NCBI RefSeq assembly: GCF_036971445.1
Contig: NC_091473.1
Coordinates: 205,592,001-205,656,000 of the forward strand
Length of the DNA stretch: 64,000 nucleotides
Source: Narcine bancroftii
Taxonomy: Eukaryota
Direction of reading: 5' to 3'
In this document: positions 13,770 through 26,778 of the stretch, in pieces
Numbering within the stretch: position 1 is the first letter of the stretch
Layout: each line of letters opens with the position of its first letter
The notes under the pieces: model-generated
What the model was told of the DNA's origin: nothing
Database searches by the model: none
Seen by the model: only the letters and a program-made list of their open reading frames with translations
Program-made: the position numbers and the translations under genes

Positions 13770-16426
13770 TTAGGTCACATGATGACATTATTTCGGGATA
13801 CCAGGTTACAATTTATATTGGATTGGAGAATATGCTGAAATTGTGATGAAATAATGAAGGAAACAGGACACACAGGCATGATAAATCTTTTACAAAGGAA
13901 TGAGGAGGAAGAAACAGCTTTAACACCATTAAGCATGAATTACAGTTATCTCCAGTCCTAGCCTTTCCTATTTCCGAGAAGAATTTTCATCTACATATAT
14001 TCAACAGGCAGGAAGGCTGTGCTGCCGCAGTGCTAATGCAGGAAATGTGGATAAGGAAAGCAAAACAGCAAATAGCATACTACAGTACAAAATTGGATGA
14101 GGTGGCTTAGGTATACCCGCCCTGCTACCAGGCACTAGTTACATTACACGATGTGTATGAAAAAAGCATCTGTGGCCGTGGACATCCCTTGATCCTGTAC
14201 ACAAACCATAAGAAAACAGAGCTGGTGGACAAGGGAAAGTGTGTGCTGACACCAGCCAGGATAGCAGAATTTCAAATTTATTGACATTTCCAGATATAAC
14301 TATGCAGCAGGAGTAGCAATGCTGATAATTTCCCGTTTGCTTATGAGGGAGAACCCCACGATTGTGTTGGAGAACAATGGTATTTGCTAAATTAAGAGAG
14401 GAGTTACAGTCTCAACCCCTGGATGATGAAGACAAGAATGTCTTGTTTATCGTCGGCTCTTGTTATAGGGATCACAGTGGAAATGAATGCCGGGTTTGCA
14501 GTGGTAGAACAGGATCAGTCGGACTTTAATGTAATCAAATTAGGAGCTTTCCTGCAAGCTTGCTCAACGAAATTTGCAGAAACTAAATCTCGGACAGCAG
14601 CATGAGAAATGATGGAAGGTGGAAATGTTTGTGGCGGCCGTGTAGAGGGCTTTGCGGGTGCACAGGGCGGCAACGCGAACAGCAGAACCATAATACGGAC
14701 ACTGCATACTCCCCTAATGATCCGCATGTGAGAGATTCCGAATGCTGAGGAGGGGCAGGTTGAGCTATTGAGTTTCCCGCCGGAAGGCGCGGGGCACTTA
14801 ACAAGGTTAAATTTCAACCTGCCGATCCCATGGATCAGGCGCAATCTCATCGTGAGTTCTCGCCTTGTCCCACGGAGCCCGGGATATGCAGTATATAAAA
14901 GAAGCCTGTGAACCATGAATAAACCAGTCTTCAGTTGACGAGACTGGCGTGTGGTTTTTTTTGTATTACTTTTCAGTAGCTCTATCGTAGTGGCTGCTAA
15001 AGTTTGATATTTACACAGATTAAGCACTTGTCCATTGGTTATCGTGTTTGTTGTTTGGGACAGTGCGGGTTCAAGAAGAGTAACGGAGACCACATACAGC
15101 AGTATCAAAAAATTTCAGATTTGATTAAAGCATTAACGAATCTCGAGTACTGGCCGTCATTAAATGCCAACCACATAAGAAAGGAAATGACATGATAACA
15201 AAGGGATTTCAGGCTGCGGCAATGCAGACAGGAAAGTTTCCCCATGTGAGTTAGCTGTTATTGCATTTCAGGTAAGCCTGGATCTAGAACCCACAAAGGA
15301 GAACACAATCGTAATGCAGGAATGATAGTGACATTTTTGACAAATGAAGTAATTCCAAGATTTGTTAAACCTACAGAGATCAGATCGGACACCGCCTCCA
15401 AAAAGTAGTTAAACTGGTATTACAAACTCTGAGAATAAATCAGAGGTTTGGAAGTGTGTATCACGGTGTATGGTGGAAAGAATTAATGGGACTCTGACAG
15501 CTAAATGGAACAAGAACTGTGTGAGCACTAGGCCGCTGGCATTGATGAGTTAACGAATGCTGAATAATCGTATGACACATATGATACCACAAGAAATGCT
15601 TACTGATAGGCCGAAATGGATGGCCTCGTATAAAGGGCCAAGTTTGGAACTGCTGGACATGTAACTCAAACAGTACATGCAACAGCTAATTATGATACAT
15701 AAGTCTATCCATACACAGGAAAAACAAAAGGTGCTGAGACTGACCAGGAGGAAGTACCTATTATTATGGAGGTCAGGTTTATGTACGGGATTTCCGCAGG
15801 AAGTTGAATGAGCCGAGAAGGGAAGGGCCATTCACGGTAATCAAGGCATCACCTACTGCTGGCCAAGTACTTGGTGGAGCTACATGGTGCCATCTCAATC
15901 ACGAGTGCAACCTGACACTGAGCCTGAATTAAGTGAGACAGAAGAAGGGACGACAGAGGAAGAACAGGAGGATCTGACAAGTGATACCTCCCTGCAAGGG
16001 TTCGATTAAAGTCGTAACTGAGGTTTCAGAGCCATCGATGAACCTGTCAAAGTCAGTCCTTCTCATGCTAGTTGGGGCAAATGTCGTTTGGGGACAACCA
16101 ATGACACACCCCACAATGAAAACATACCTCCCCACACATGTGCAGATTTGGAAACCATCAATTTGGCAGACATGGCCTGGTATTATGCCACAGAAATCGA
16201 AAGAAATAATCCGGGAGGCAAGGAGCATCGTCTCTTACTCATTGCCATGGTCGCACGCACGTATCAACCATTGATTTAAGTGGGCAAACTTTACCACAAA
16301 GACAATGTCTCGACAGAACTGTTATTACTTTTCAAATATAACACCAGTACAATATATAGTACCCATGCCATATAATGTCTCAGCATGTACTGCATGCCAC
16401 CTTAAAAGATTGGCACAATGTGGGGG
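13770..16426 (+). mobile_element. Degenerate endogenous retrovirus: pol (RT end, tether, RNase H, integrase) and env-like start
   Basis: IAYYSTKLDEVA*VYPPCYQAL; EGEPHDC; LFIVGSCY..AGFAVV; DIYTD; FLTNEVIPRFVKPTEIRSD; signal-like MNLSKSVLLMLVGANVVWG at ~16038. Confidence 0.8.
14630..15001 (+). mobile_element. Solo LTR nested in the ERV RNase H
   Basis: TGTGGCGGCC...GGCTGCTAAA imperfect inverted termini; TATATAAAA and AATAAA inside; the pol frame resumes after it (GNV|DIYTD). Confidence 0.7.
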
Positions 16427-17678
16427 TGTGATAGTACAGATCTCTCACCAATGTATATAATGTATATAGTTACTCTATCGAGACTGTGCTTACAGCAATT
16501 GGCTGAGAGCTAAGCCACACCTATTGTCTGGGCCTTAAAGCATTTTGTCCCTAGCCAGGTCGGATCATTCCGGACTGGTCGGCCACCTGTGAAGAGCTCC
16601 TGTCTTTTGCTAATAAAAGCCTTGGTTTAGATCGTCTTTGATTCTTTCAACGAGCTTTACAATTTTTTTTAGCAAAAATTATTTATTTTGAAAGGGATGG
16701 AGCATTTAACTCGGCCAGAAAAACTTGATATCGACCCACAGTCTGCTACAGCCTTCAAAACCTTTAACGTCTGGCTGCCGAACTTTGAAAACTTCCTGAG
16801 ATTCATAGAGGTGGAGGAGGATAACCAGCGTCTAACAGCATTGCTGTCTATGGTGTCCTTGAGAGTCTACAAGAACATCCAGGATGAGACCACTTACACC
16901 GCAGCAATAAAGGTACTGAAAGAACTGTATAATCAACCAGTGAACAGAGTTCATGCCCGGCTCGTGCTTTCTTCGAGTAAGCAACAGCCCGGCGAGTTCA
17001 GCAGGGCATATTTACAAGTATTAAAAGTGTTGGGCAAGGACTGTAACTGTGTGGATAAAACTGCTGCCGAGATCGCAAACGATCTCGTCCGGGATGCCTA
17101 GGTGGCCGGGCTCCGATCGAATGAAGTGAGGCTGTGCTTGCTCGAGCAAGGGGTAGAAAAACTAGAGGACGTGGCCCGGATTGCAATCACAATGGAGGAT
17201 GCAGCCTTAAAGTCCACCGAGCTCTTTAGGGACTGGACCTCTCGTTCTGATGAGTAGAGTGCCCTTCTACCCTACCACCCCCCGATATACTGACGGCCTG
17301 TCGGCTGCTGCTATTCTGCCCCGTGCGAACCCAAAATGTAATTTCTGCGGCAGGGACAAGCACAGCAGGTCCCAGTGCCCAGCAAGAAAAGCCAGGTTCC
17401 AGAAGAGCCTTAAAAAGGGCCACTTTGCTGCAGTCTTTAGGTCTAAAATGGCCGCCAGCAAACACAGTGGCTCGTGTGAAGCCCAATCGCCACTATCCCA
17501 TTCAAACTCTTCTTCCCCAGAGCTCTCGTCCAATGAGAGCGAGGGCACCCCTGCACGGCAACGCCTGACGTCACGGAGACGCCGAACCCAGAAGGGGCAG
17601 CCCACCCTGGCAACCATGGTGTTGGCCCGCCTCTCGCCCCCGTGCGGAACACTCGACCCGGCCTCGGTCCCGACTGTG

Positions 17679-17860
17679 GCTACCGCTGCTGCTGCCGCCG
17701 CCACAGACACGCCCGGGGCCGACGCTACCGCTGCTGCTACCGCTGCTGCTGCCGCCGCCACAGACACCCCCGGGGTCGACGCTACCGGTGCTGCTACCGC
17801 CGCCACAGACACCCCGGGGCCGACGCTACCGCTGCTCCTGCCGCCGCCACAGCCACCCCT
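17679..17860 (+). repeat. GC-rich minisatellite inside the Gypsy gag-pro spacer
   Basis: 3-4 units of GCTACCGCTGCTGCTGCCGCCGCCACAGACAC(G/C)CCCGGGG(C/T)CGAC; explains the Ala-rich ORFs. Confidence 0.85.
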
Positions 17861-18039
17861 GCGGCCAACCAGGTACTCACCCTAGCGTCCATCGCTGACG
17901 ACCGCCGGAGTCCGAGCGCCGCGACCGACGACCTACCCACCGCCAACCGCAAGCAACTACAAACCCCACTACTTACCTTTCATCCGCCGACGCAGTCACA
18001 ACATCACTTCAGGGTGTTCCTCCAACCTGCTCCTCCAGC

Positions 18040-18110
18040 GTTGACTACGTCATCCCGTTGAGTCACGTCATTCCGTTGTGTGACGTCATCCCGTTGAGTG
18101 ACGTCATCAC
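18040..18110 (+). repeat. 4x 17-18-bp tandem repeat containing CRE palindromes
   Basis: GTTGAGTGACGTCATCCC-like units; perfect TGACGTCA at 18081 and 18099. Confidence 0.9.
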
Positions 18111-19811
18111 GCGAAACTCCCCTGTCAACTGCTTCAATAACACTAAACCAACAATGCTCTCATCCCCTCACCAGATCAATGGAACTGATTAAAGTGCATG
18201 GACACTACACCAATTGATTATTTGTCTCTGGGTCAACTGACAGCTTTATCCAGCCAGATCTGGCGCTCCGTTGGGGACTTGACATTATCCCCACTACCCA
18301 GAGTATCTCATTAGCAATGAGGTCGCACTCGACTGGGATAAAGGGGTATTGCATCGCCATGCTAGAAGTACAGGGGGTAATGGTCACCCACTTCAAATTA
18401 TTCGTCCTTCCCCAATTATCCTATTTGCATAATTTTTCTCCATGATATGTGATTTAACGGAAGGCATTGCAACAATCTCATGCTGCAGGATTAACCCCGT
18501 TCAGGAATACAGATCGCCGTTATCCCCTTGTCAATTTAAGTGGCTCATGCCATACTGACACATTTGTGCAGTTTCTGTAACGAAGTGCAAAAAATGCAAT
18601 TAATTAGCCTGCGAATTGAGGACAAGGAGAGAAGTGCACCTCTTAAAGTGAGATATTGTTTCCGACTCTGCCAAGTATCTCCTTGGAATGAGATCCGCTG
18701 TGTTGCAGAGAAGCAGAAGTTCCAAACAAAAAACAACCAGTGCAGTTTCAGCGAACGCTCACAAGAGGGCGGAGGCCACATAGTAAAGGAAAATTATCCG
18801 AAACTAAAATATTCTCGAAGGTTTCAACAAATGCTCTGTCAACATTCCTGAATTTGAAGTAAAATGACCACAATGCTCCCAATGTTATCCATGCTCTTTC
18901 TTCTGTAAATCACACACTCCGACCCTGTCAATATTAGTACCTTTTAAACTAGTCATCTACAAGAATATATATTTTCCACCTTGATATCGAGGTAAATGTT
19001 TATAAATTTTGTACTGAGTTGTAGAAACTCTTGATATGATTAGAATTTTTTATTTGATATTCCGCATCGAGGAATTTTAGCGATTCACCAGAAACCGCAA
19101 GTTTCAGCAATTATTTTGATTTTTGCTGTTTTCAGTTCCCGATGTAGTGTGAGCACCGTGCCTAAGCTAGTGGAATTTAAATTTTAATGAAACTCAAAAG
19201 ATAGCTGTTATTCCAGACTTTGGTATTTCATTCTGAGAAATGCAAATTTTGGAAATATGAGCTCTATTTTCCTGCGCGGTTAAATAAAGTTCATTCTTGT
19301 TCCTTGCATGTGAAGTGATTGCTCGTGTATGTGCCTCCAGTGATTGTACCGTATCCCATCGCAGACCCCAAAGTGCATGGGCCTCTGTGCGATAATGTAA
19401 ACATTAAATTGCCTTAAGTACTATCTGATTCTCTGAAAGGATTGACGTGGTGCAGAACATTGAAAAGTTCGTTTGGAGCAAATTGGTATATTTATTTAAA
19501 AATGTATTGTTCAATGTGGATCTCTGAGAAAGGTCACACTGAGCCAACGTCTATTACATAAATTCATACACTTAAATACACAGAATAGTGTCTCAGCAAC
19601 AGGAGCCAGACGACTTGAGCAATTTTGGCGTTTAGCGTCAGAGTTCCCTCCTGTTTCTCCAACGTCTTTCCAACAAGAGTATTCTCGGCAGTTCATGGGA
19701 AATGTTTTTCCATTAAGAGCGCTGGAGATTGAAGCACTAAATTTATTGTGAAGGAGATCTTAGAGACTGAGAAATAGTGAGAAACAGGGAGAGTCTGAAA
19801 GAAAGAAAGAA

Positions 19812-19846
<35 letters not shown>

Positions 19847-20919
19847 AGGAATCTGAAACAGATGCATTTATGGACAAGGACAGAGGGAGAATACATGTTT
19901 TAGAATTACTCCTGGACAATTATTATAACAGCGATCGAGAGTTGCAAAATGAGGTTTCGTTCGAGAAATCGTGGGATAACGAGAGAAGTAGACAGATATC
20001 GAGGAAGAACAGTGGGTGAGAGCTTGCGTGGATGAGACCGAGACATATAAACAGACGGACAGACGGAGGCGGAAAAACATTAACACATAAATAAAGAAGA
20101 CATAGTGAGTGGTAGAACATTGAAATATTCCCTGTGCCAACTTGCTCACACGGATAAAAATGGTCCCACTTACTGTAATCCCACCTGTCTGTATTTCGCC
20201 GACATCTTTCTAATCATGCCGATTTATCCATCGATACGTCTTCAATATTCCAATAACCACCTATTTCCTTTCCCTTTTCCACACATCCACCAGACTTTGT
20301 TACCCATTAAGTATATGTTAATTCTCTTTTCCTCTACTCTGAGCAAAATACTGCGTTCTCCTGACGAATTCTTCTCATTACTATGTGTAACTACTATCCA
20401 CTATCTCGGTCTTAACCAGGCGAGAACTTTCAAATATAACACCTAACATTGCTGAAATACATTCCAAACACCATTCAGCGACCCAACCACTCTAGATCTT
20501 ACTGAAAAGTTTGGCAGATGTCTTCACAATGTAAAATACCAGACACATCAGCGTCACTCGGAAATTTCATAATCCTGCAACGTCCAATTTTATACAAATC
20601 AATGCTACAGATGACAAACAGCAATGGACACATCACGGGAGTCAATGTACGAATTACGTCACTCGAGAGGAATGAGGCAATCACATACTGCAGGAAAACA
20701 CTTTGCAGAACGAGAAAATTGCCTGTTTTCTGAATTTCCTCTGGCTAAACAAATAAAATATATTCGCGTCTACCATATTTGGTCGGGAGGTAAATACCGT
20801 TACAAGCCTTTTGTCTAACAGATAATTTCAATGCTTCCCGTTGAGTTTTTCCTTAAATGATTCCCGCGGGAAACATCGTTTCATTCACTGCAGGACCATA
20901 TAAAATGTCTGCGCTGACG

Positions 20920-21542
20920 CTGAAATGAAAATGAGCCGGAACAATGAAATACAGCTAACCGGCAGCATTCAGTGACGACATTGTCATTACATCCAGTGAG
21001 CGGAGGAATATTCGAAATATATAATCTGAAGATGTTCAGGACTAGATCGGGAGAGCGATCTCAACATTCTCCAGAATGGTTTTCTGCCGTTTGTCATAAG
21101 AACATTTGGCTGGATCCTTCAATTATCTCCGTGAATCTTGTCCTTGAGGCCGGAGTGTTAACAACAGGAGAGGTGATGGACATTGCCCCTCAGCGTACGG
21201 ACAGCAGAAACAATCAGGACAAGTTTCCCTAACCATCCACATCAGCGGAAGGCTATTACAAAATATGCACTGGTCTTGTCTGTAAGCCCAACCCAAAATA
21301 CCAGGACTAAACTGGGTTGAATGTAAAGAGTTTAAATGTATATATTATTGCACTAGTAGAAGGTATATATATTCACTGTTACATGTCAGGGACATAGGCA
21401 GCTGCTGTCATCAGTTTCTCTGCACCCACTTTCACCAGTACGCAATAACAAACCGTCGCCTAAGTCCCCTGCCACAAAACACGAAAATTGAGACCATGAA
21501 ACTCACACTGAGGCGGAATATCAACGGACCTTTATAAAGATC
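20920..21542 (+). pseudogene. Degenerate TCR V pseudogene interrupted at the YxC motif by a ~340-bp retroelement fragment
   Basis: LKMFRTRSGERSQHSPEWFSAVCHK...LVLEAGV, then the insert, then CCATGAAACT; CACACTG-23-ATAAAGATC at 21504-21542; CRE motif upstream at 20654. Confidence 0.72.
21158..21495 (+). repeat. Inverted copy of the Gypsy 3' segment at 22377-22695
   Basis: Reverse-complement match with scattered substitutions; both copies encode VMDIAPQxTDSRNNQD. Confidence 0.9.
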
Positions 21543-22014
21543 AATATCTGGCCTCTCTAGCGAGCTCTCACAAAGTGAACATTTAATCCGATAAACGGAA
21601 GTAATCATATGAAGATAGACTTACTATTTATGACCAAACGTTCTTTGTTTCAAGGACATAAGTCTTAATCCCTTCAATTTTCGCCACAAGCGATACATTC
21701 ACACCAATTCCACACCGAGCACAACATGATCAACGCATTTCCTCTGCTTTGCAATCAGGATGAGCACCGAATTGCATCGCCCTGCATGTCCTGTTTGTTT
21801 TGCGATCAGGAAAAAAATCTCCTTGATTTTTCTAATCAAGTTGTCTTGTTGATAAACTAATCACAATGTAACAAATATTTTGGGGTGCAACATTGTTTGT
21901 GCCTGCTGTAAATTGTTGAGAAAATGTCTTGCATACATTGGAAGAGAATTACAAACATTTCACACACGCGGATCATAGAGAGCAAGTGGGGGTTGGGGTG
22001 TGGGGAGGGAGAGA

Positions 22015-22018
<4 letters not shown>

Positions 22019-22063
<45 letters not shown>
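22019..22063. repeat. (GA)n microsatellite; similar tracts at ~7432-7490, 19800-19846, 48364-48394 and 51143-51215
   Basis: Directly visible. Confidence 0.95.
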
Positions 22064-22066
<3 letters not shown>

Positions 22067-22376
22067 TATGATCTGGGATTGAGCACGCGGGAACGTGAAT
22101 CGTATATCAGAAATTTGCTCATTTGTAAGTGGAAGCAAATCAGAAACAGATCCACTCATATCCTCGAGTCAAGCAAAGAACCTGCGCCTGATGAGTGTCG
22201 CATTAGAAATACCAAATCCACAGCAGACACACAGTGAAACCTATTCGCTCTTCCCCATTTGTTTCGAAATCGCTCAATCCTCTCTGGTTGACGCTGAAAA
22301 TGTCATCTGTGTTTCCCGGTGGGACCCTTTTTCAATGGATCTTCCGTGCACTATGCCTACAGTTCAATTCCCAGCT

Positions 22377-24625
22377 GATCTCAATTATCGTGTTTTGTGG
22401 CAGGGGACTTTGGCGACGGTTTGTTATTGCGTACTGGTGATAGTGGGTGCACAGATCTGATGATAGCGGCTGCCTACGTCCTTGATATGTCACAGTGAAT
22501 ATGTATGCCTTGTACTAGTGCAATAATATATACATTCAACCTATTTTATTCCTGGTATTTTAGGTTGGGCTTACAGACAAGACCAGCGTATATTTTGTAA
22601 TAGCCTTCCGCTGATGTGGATGGTTAGGGCAACGTCCTGATTGTTTCTGCTGTCCGTAGGCTGAGGGGCAATGTCCATCACCACTCCTGTTGTTAGGTGG
22701 TGGGGTGGGGGTGGTGGAGGTCGGGGGGGGGGGCTCTTGTCTATCCAGGGCTCATGTTCCAACTCCAAACGTGACGATTTGTCTTGGTTGTTTTGAGATG
22801 GAGTGACTCGCCTACTGGGTGGATACTTCGTCTGTTCTTCCTGTATATTCGCCTCCGAACAAACCAGGTATATCCTGGGTTTCTTCTAGTTTATTTCCGC
22901 TATACCCGGGTGGTTGTAACCTTGTGAACGATTTGCCCTTTTGTCAATGACACGAGCGGCCACCTAGTTTAATAGTAACCTTTATTTGTGCTCCCCTTCT
23001 GTTTATCAGCTGGACCTTGATGTCTTGCGGGTCCTTTGTTGGGATCCCAGAAGTCTCCTTGACACTGGTAGAGTAGTCCTGGTCTGCCTGGACATTAACT
23101 AGTGCGCTGGCGAGCCCAGGGTGGTGGCGCCGGTATGTTACTTAAGTTTAGTAGGGTGAGGAAAATGTCTGCCTTCTCTCTGTGGAAATTTTCCATTAGC
23201 TGCTTGGCACTGCTCACAGCACTTCGAGCCAGCCAATCTGATTGTATGTACTCTAGGCTGCTGGTGATGATGTTGAAGACTCATTCCCTCGCCAAACTGC
23301 GGAACCTCTATCATGTGAACTGTCCACCATTGTCCGAGAGAAGTGTGTAAGCTGCACCGTGTACCAAAAAAAATCCATTTTGATTTGACGATGACAACCA
23401 CAGAGATTGCGATCTGGAGCAGGTCTATATCAAACCAGCATTAGTATGAGTCTATTAGTATTAGGTACTGTTGCCTCCGCCATTCAAAGATGTCGGTATC
23501 ATCGGTCGCCCAGGGAAGTTGGGGAACCGGGTGTAACTGCAATGGCTCTTCCTGCTGATATGGCTTGGTACCGTTGAACACCGAGCAGGACTATATCTCT
23601 TCATCTATATTGTCTGCCATACCTGGCCAGAAGTAAATGTCGCTTATCCTGCATTTCATTTCTTCTTCGCCAGGTTGCCCGCTGTGCAGGATCTCCACAT
23701 TCTGCAGTGTTCTGGGGATGCCTACCCTATGTCCCTTCAGGATTACCCCTTCATCAATAAGCGGTTAATTGATGTAAGGATTGAAAGGTTACACAGCTGG
23801 TGGCCGGCTGCGATGCTTGGCCGGCCAGCTGCCCTTAATGAAGATGCCCATTGTAGTAAGGGTTCCATTTTCTGCCGTGTGCTTTCTTAGTTCATCCAGC
23901 CGGGCTGAGGAAAGATGGGTTTGGTCATCACATGGCAACTGTCCTCTTCCACGACCAGATGGACCATTCATTTTCAAAGTGCCCGTGATAAAGGATCGGT
24001 TAATTGCATTTATTGCAGCATTTGTGTATTAGGGTAATAGGGTATTTCTTGAGCCTGTGAATCGTATCCTGGTGTCTCTCCGGCACTGTGTGAATTAGCT
24101 TGATTATTGTGGTCATCAGAGGTAAGTGGTTGGTTTCTGTGGTGACTGGCCTGCCAGTCACATAATACTTCATTTTCGAGCAGGCGAAAACTATCGCCAG
24201 TAGCTCTTTGTAAAGTGAGCATATCTCGTTTCCATGTCTGTAAGTGGCCGAGAAGAGTACTACTGGTTTTCCGTCCTGCATTCCGCCTTCCCTAGGCAGT
24301 ACTGTGAGGCAACGCAGGTCAGCATCACCAGTCTACGTATGCCATGTTAGGATAGGGCTGTTGGGAACCACATGTGTTTCTTTAAGGCATCGAAGGCATT
24401 TTGTTGTTGTCGTGCCAGGTCCATTCAACGTCTGTATAGGTCAACTGTTAAAGCGGGGCTGTAAGTTCACTGAAGTTGGACATGAACTTTCCCAAGTCGT
24501 CATCATGCCCAGGAACAGTTGCACTGCATTCATGTTCGTTGGCACCGTAATGTCACTGAAAGCTCTTGTTTTGGGAGGGTCCGCCTTCAGGTCATTGCTG
24601 GTGAACATGTTGCCCAGGTAGTTGT
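22377..24625 (-). mobile_element. Degenerate Gypsy pol (RT end, RNase H, integrase) and 3' region
   Basis: QDGKPVV...KELLAIVFACSK...GRPVTTETNHLPL; YFWPGM-like segment near 23620; integrase remnants. Confidence 0.85.
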
Positions 24626-24894
24626 GTTGATTTCTACATATTGTGTATGAACAGAGGGACCTTGTAGTCCAAATACACTCCCAGGGTCATTGCACAGGTT
24701 TATAGGATAGTTAGGAATGCCAATGGGATGTTTCTCTTCATTAATATGGGTCTAAGGTCAGGATTCCAGATGTCAAACTTGGAGTATTATGTCCAGTTCT
24801 GATAACTTCTTTGTAGGAAGGATGTGGAATCTATGGAGGAGATGGAGAGGAGATTTATCAGCATGTTGCCTGGATTGGCAAATAAGTGTTATGA

Positions 24895-26765
24895 CACAGA
24901 GTCTCGACGTGTAATCTCGACCTCTCTGGCCAGACTTTTAAGTACCCTTTTTTAACCCTTTGTTTTCAAGTTTAAACTTTTAAAATTTTAGTTTAAAGTA
25001 TTGAGGAACTATTATGGCCATTAATGGTAAAAGGATTAAACCTCAAGTGCAGAAAAAGTTACATTTTCGAAGTGGTGAAGATTTGTGGCCTAAACGACTT
25101 GTTACAGCTTCAGGTTTAATTTCTTCAGTGCATAAACCACAAAGACTGTCTATGGCAGCTAAAATAAATGTCTCCTACTCACTCAGTGAAGGATTGCGCT
25201 GGAATTACCCGTTCTCTGGAGGAAGGTGCATGTTCCCAAGCAGTGGATCCAGATTCTGAAAGCCTTTCGATTTTAACGGAGGGAGCATGCAGGAAGACGA
25301 CTCCATTGTTTGAAATGCATCAGGATGCATTTCAACCTGATGATATGGATTTCCCCCGTGATTTTGCGAAACAAAAAAACAACAAGCTGAGGGAGAAGAC
25401 CAGCGGCGATCCCCTGGGGAAGTCAGGGTGCCGTCGCTGGGAGTCCAGACCCGCAGTCACTTTTAAAATGCCTTTCGTTGAGTTGCAGCAGGAGCTGCAG
25501 TTACCTGATTCTGCCACTACGTCAGAGAAAGCAGGGCTGACCTTTTCTGAGTTTCAATGTATGCAGTTAAATGCTGTCATTCAACCTTTAATGAATGAGA
25601 TGGCTCAAATGAATGTTAGTATAATTTCAAAATTATACTCATGAAGATTAAAAAATCTTGAAGATTAAAAAAAAATTCAGTCTGCTTTTTTGGAATGTAA
25701 ACAGCAAGTGATTTCTAACACTGAAAAAGTGTTGAAGGTTGAAAAATCATTCATAGAATTGGGAGAACGTGAAGGAGTTAGAGAGGAAAATAGACTACTT
25801 GGAGAATCAAAGTAGAAGGAATAATGTGAAAATCTTTGGTTTGCCAGAAGGTATAGAAGGACAAGATCCTATTCGTTTTTTTAAACACTGGATCCCACAA
25901 ATATTAGGGCAAGAATTTTTTTCTGGAGGCTTGGTATTGGAAAGAGCTCATAGAGCTTGAAGAAGAACACCTTTACCTGGTCAACCACCGAGACCGATAA
26001 TAATTCGATGTTTGAATTATCTGGACAGAGAAGCAATACTTCGACTACCAGTGCAAAATGCGAGGCAACGACAAACTCAGTTATTGATTCAGAATAGTAG
26101 AGTTTATTTTATCCTGACTTGAGTGAGGAGGTCATTCAACGCCGACGTCGATTTAACCGAGTTAAAGAAGCTTTGTGGCATAAAGGTTATAAGTCTACTT
26201 TTCACTATCCGGCAGTGTAGAAGGTGCTTTATGGAGATCATCAATTTCGGTTTTTGAGAATGATCGTGAAGCAATCGTTTTTGCTGATTCATTGGCTGAT
26301 ATAAGAAGACAATGACGTAGTCCACCATTGTCTCCTAAAGAAAAATCTGGTTGTTCTGGAAACGGAAGAAATGGCAGATAGGGGAAAAACGGGAATGGAA
26401 AGAGTCCAACTTTTTCTGAAATTGGATCTCCAAGATTGGAATCTCTTGGATGAATAGAAGAATTTTCTTATTCTTATTCTACTTCTTTTTGGTTATTACG
26501 ATATTTTGATGTTATTCATTGTTTGGCTGGGGAGGGAGAGATTTGCTGTAAGTTCTTTACTCGTCATCACCCACACCCAATTTTTGTTTAGGGATTACTA
26601 TTTTTGGTAGTTATTTTTTTTTTGGGGGGGGGAGTTCCTAAATTAAAAAAAATTCATTCTAGTTAGCTTTTAATTTGTGATTTTTTTCCTCCTTCTGGAG
26701 GGTCTATATACGTTGATTTGTGTTTTAATATAAAGATATTATTGGTATTTAGTAACAATAGGAAT
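24895..26765 (+). mobile_element. L1 with 5' UTR and ORF1 only, inserted in a CR1-like fragment, flanked by a 13-bp TSD-like repeat
   Basis: ORF1 MAINGKRIKPQVQKK...LENQSRRNNVKIFGLPE; ATAAGTGTTATGA (24882-24894) and ATAAGTATTATGA (26766-26778). Confidence 0.88.
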
Positions 26766-26778
26766 ATAAGTATTATGA

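Larger units (their letters stand above)
16427..18420 (+). mobile_element. Gypsy/Ty3 LTR retrotransposon: 5' LTR (16427-16661), gag with zinc knuckles, protease remnant; truncated
   Basis: TG...CA LTR with AATAAA; gag MEHLTRPEKLDIDP...; CNFCGRDKH..CPAR...KKGHF; LFVSGSTDSFI (decayed DSG motif). Confidence 0.85.

Noticed and set aside
17250-18061. Ala/Arg/Cys-rich ORFs as novel proteins, or the repeats as a CRISPR array
   Set aside because: Gypsy gag plus a minisatellite; eukaryotic DNA with no unique spacers.
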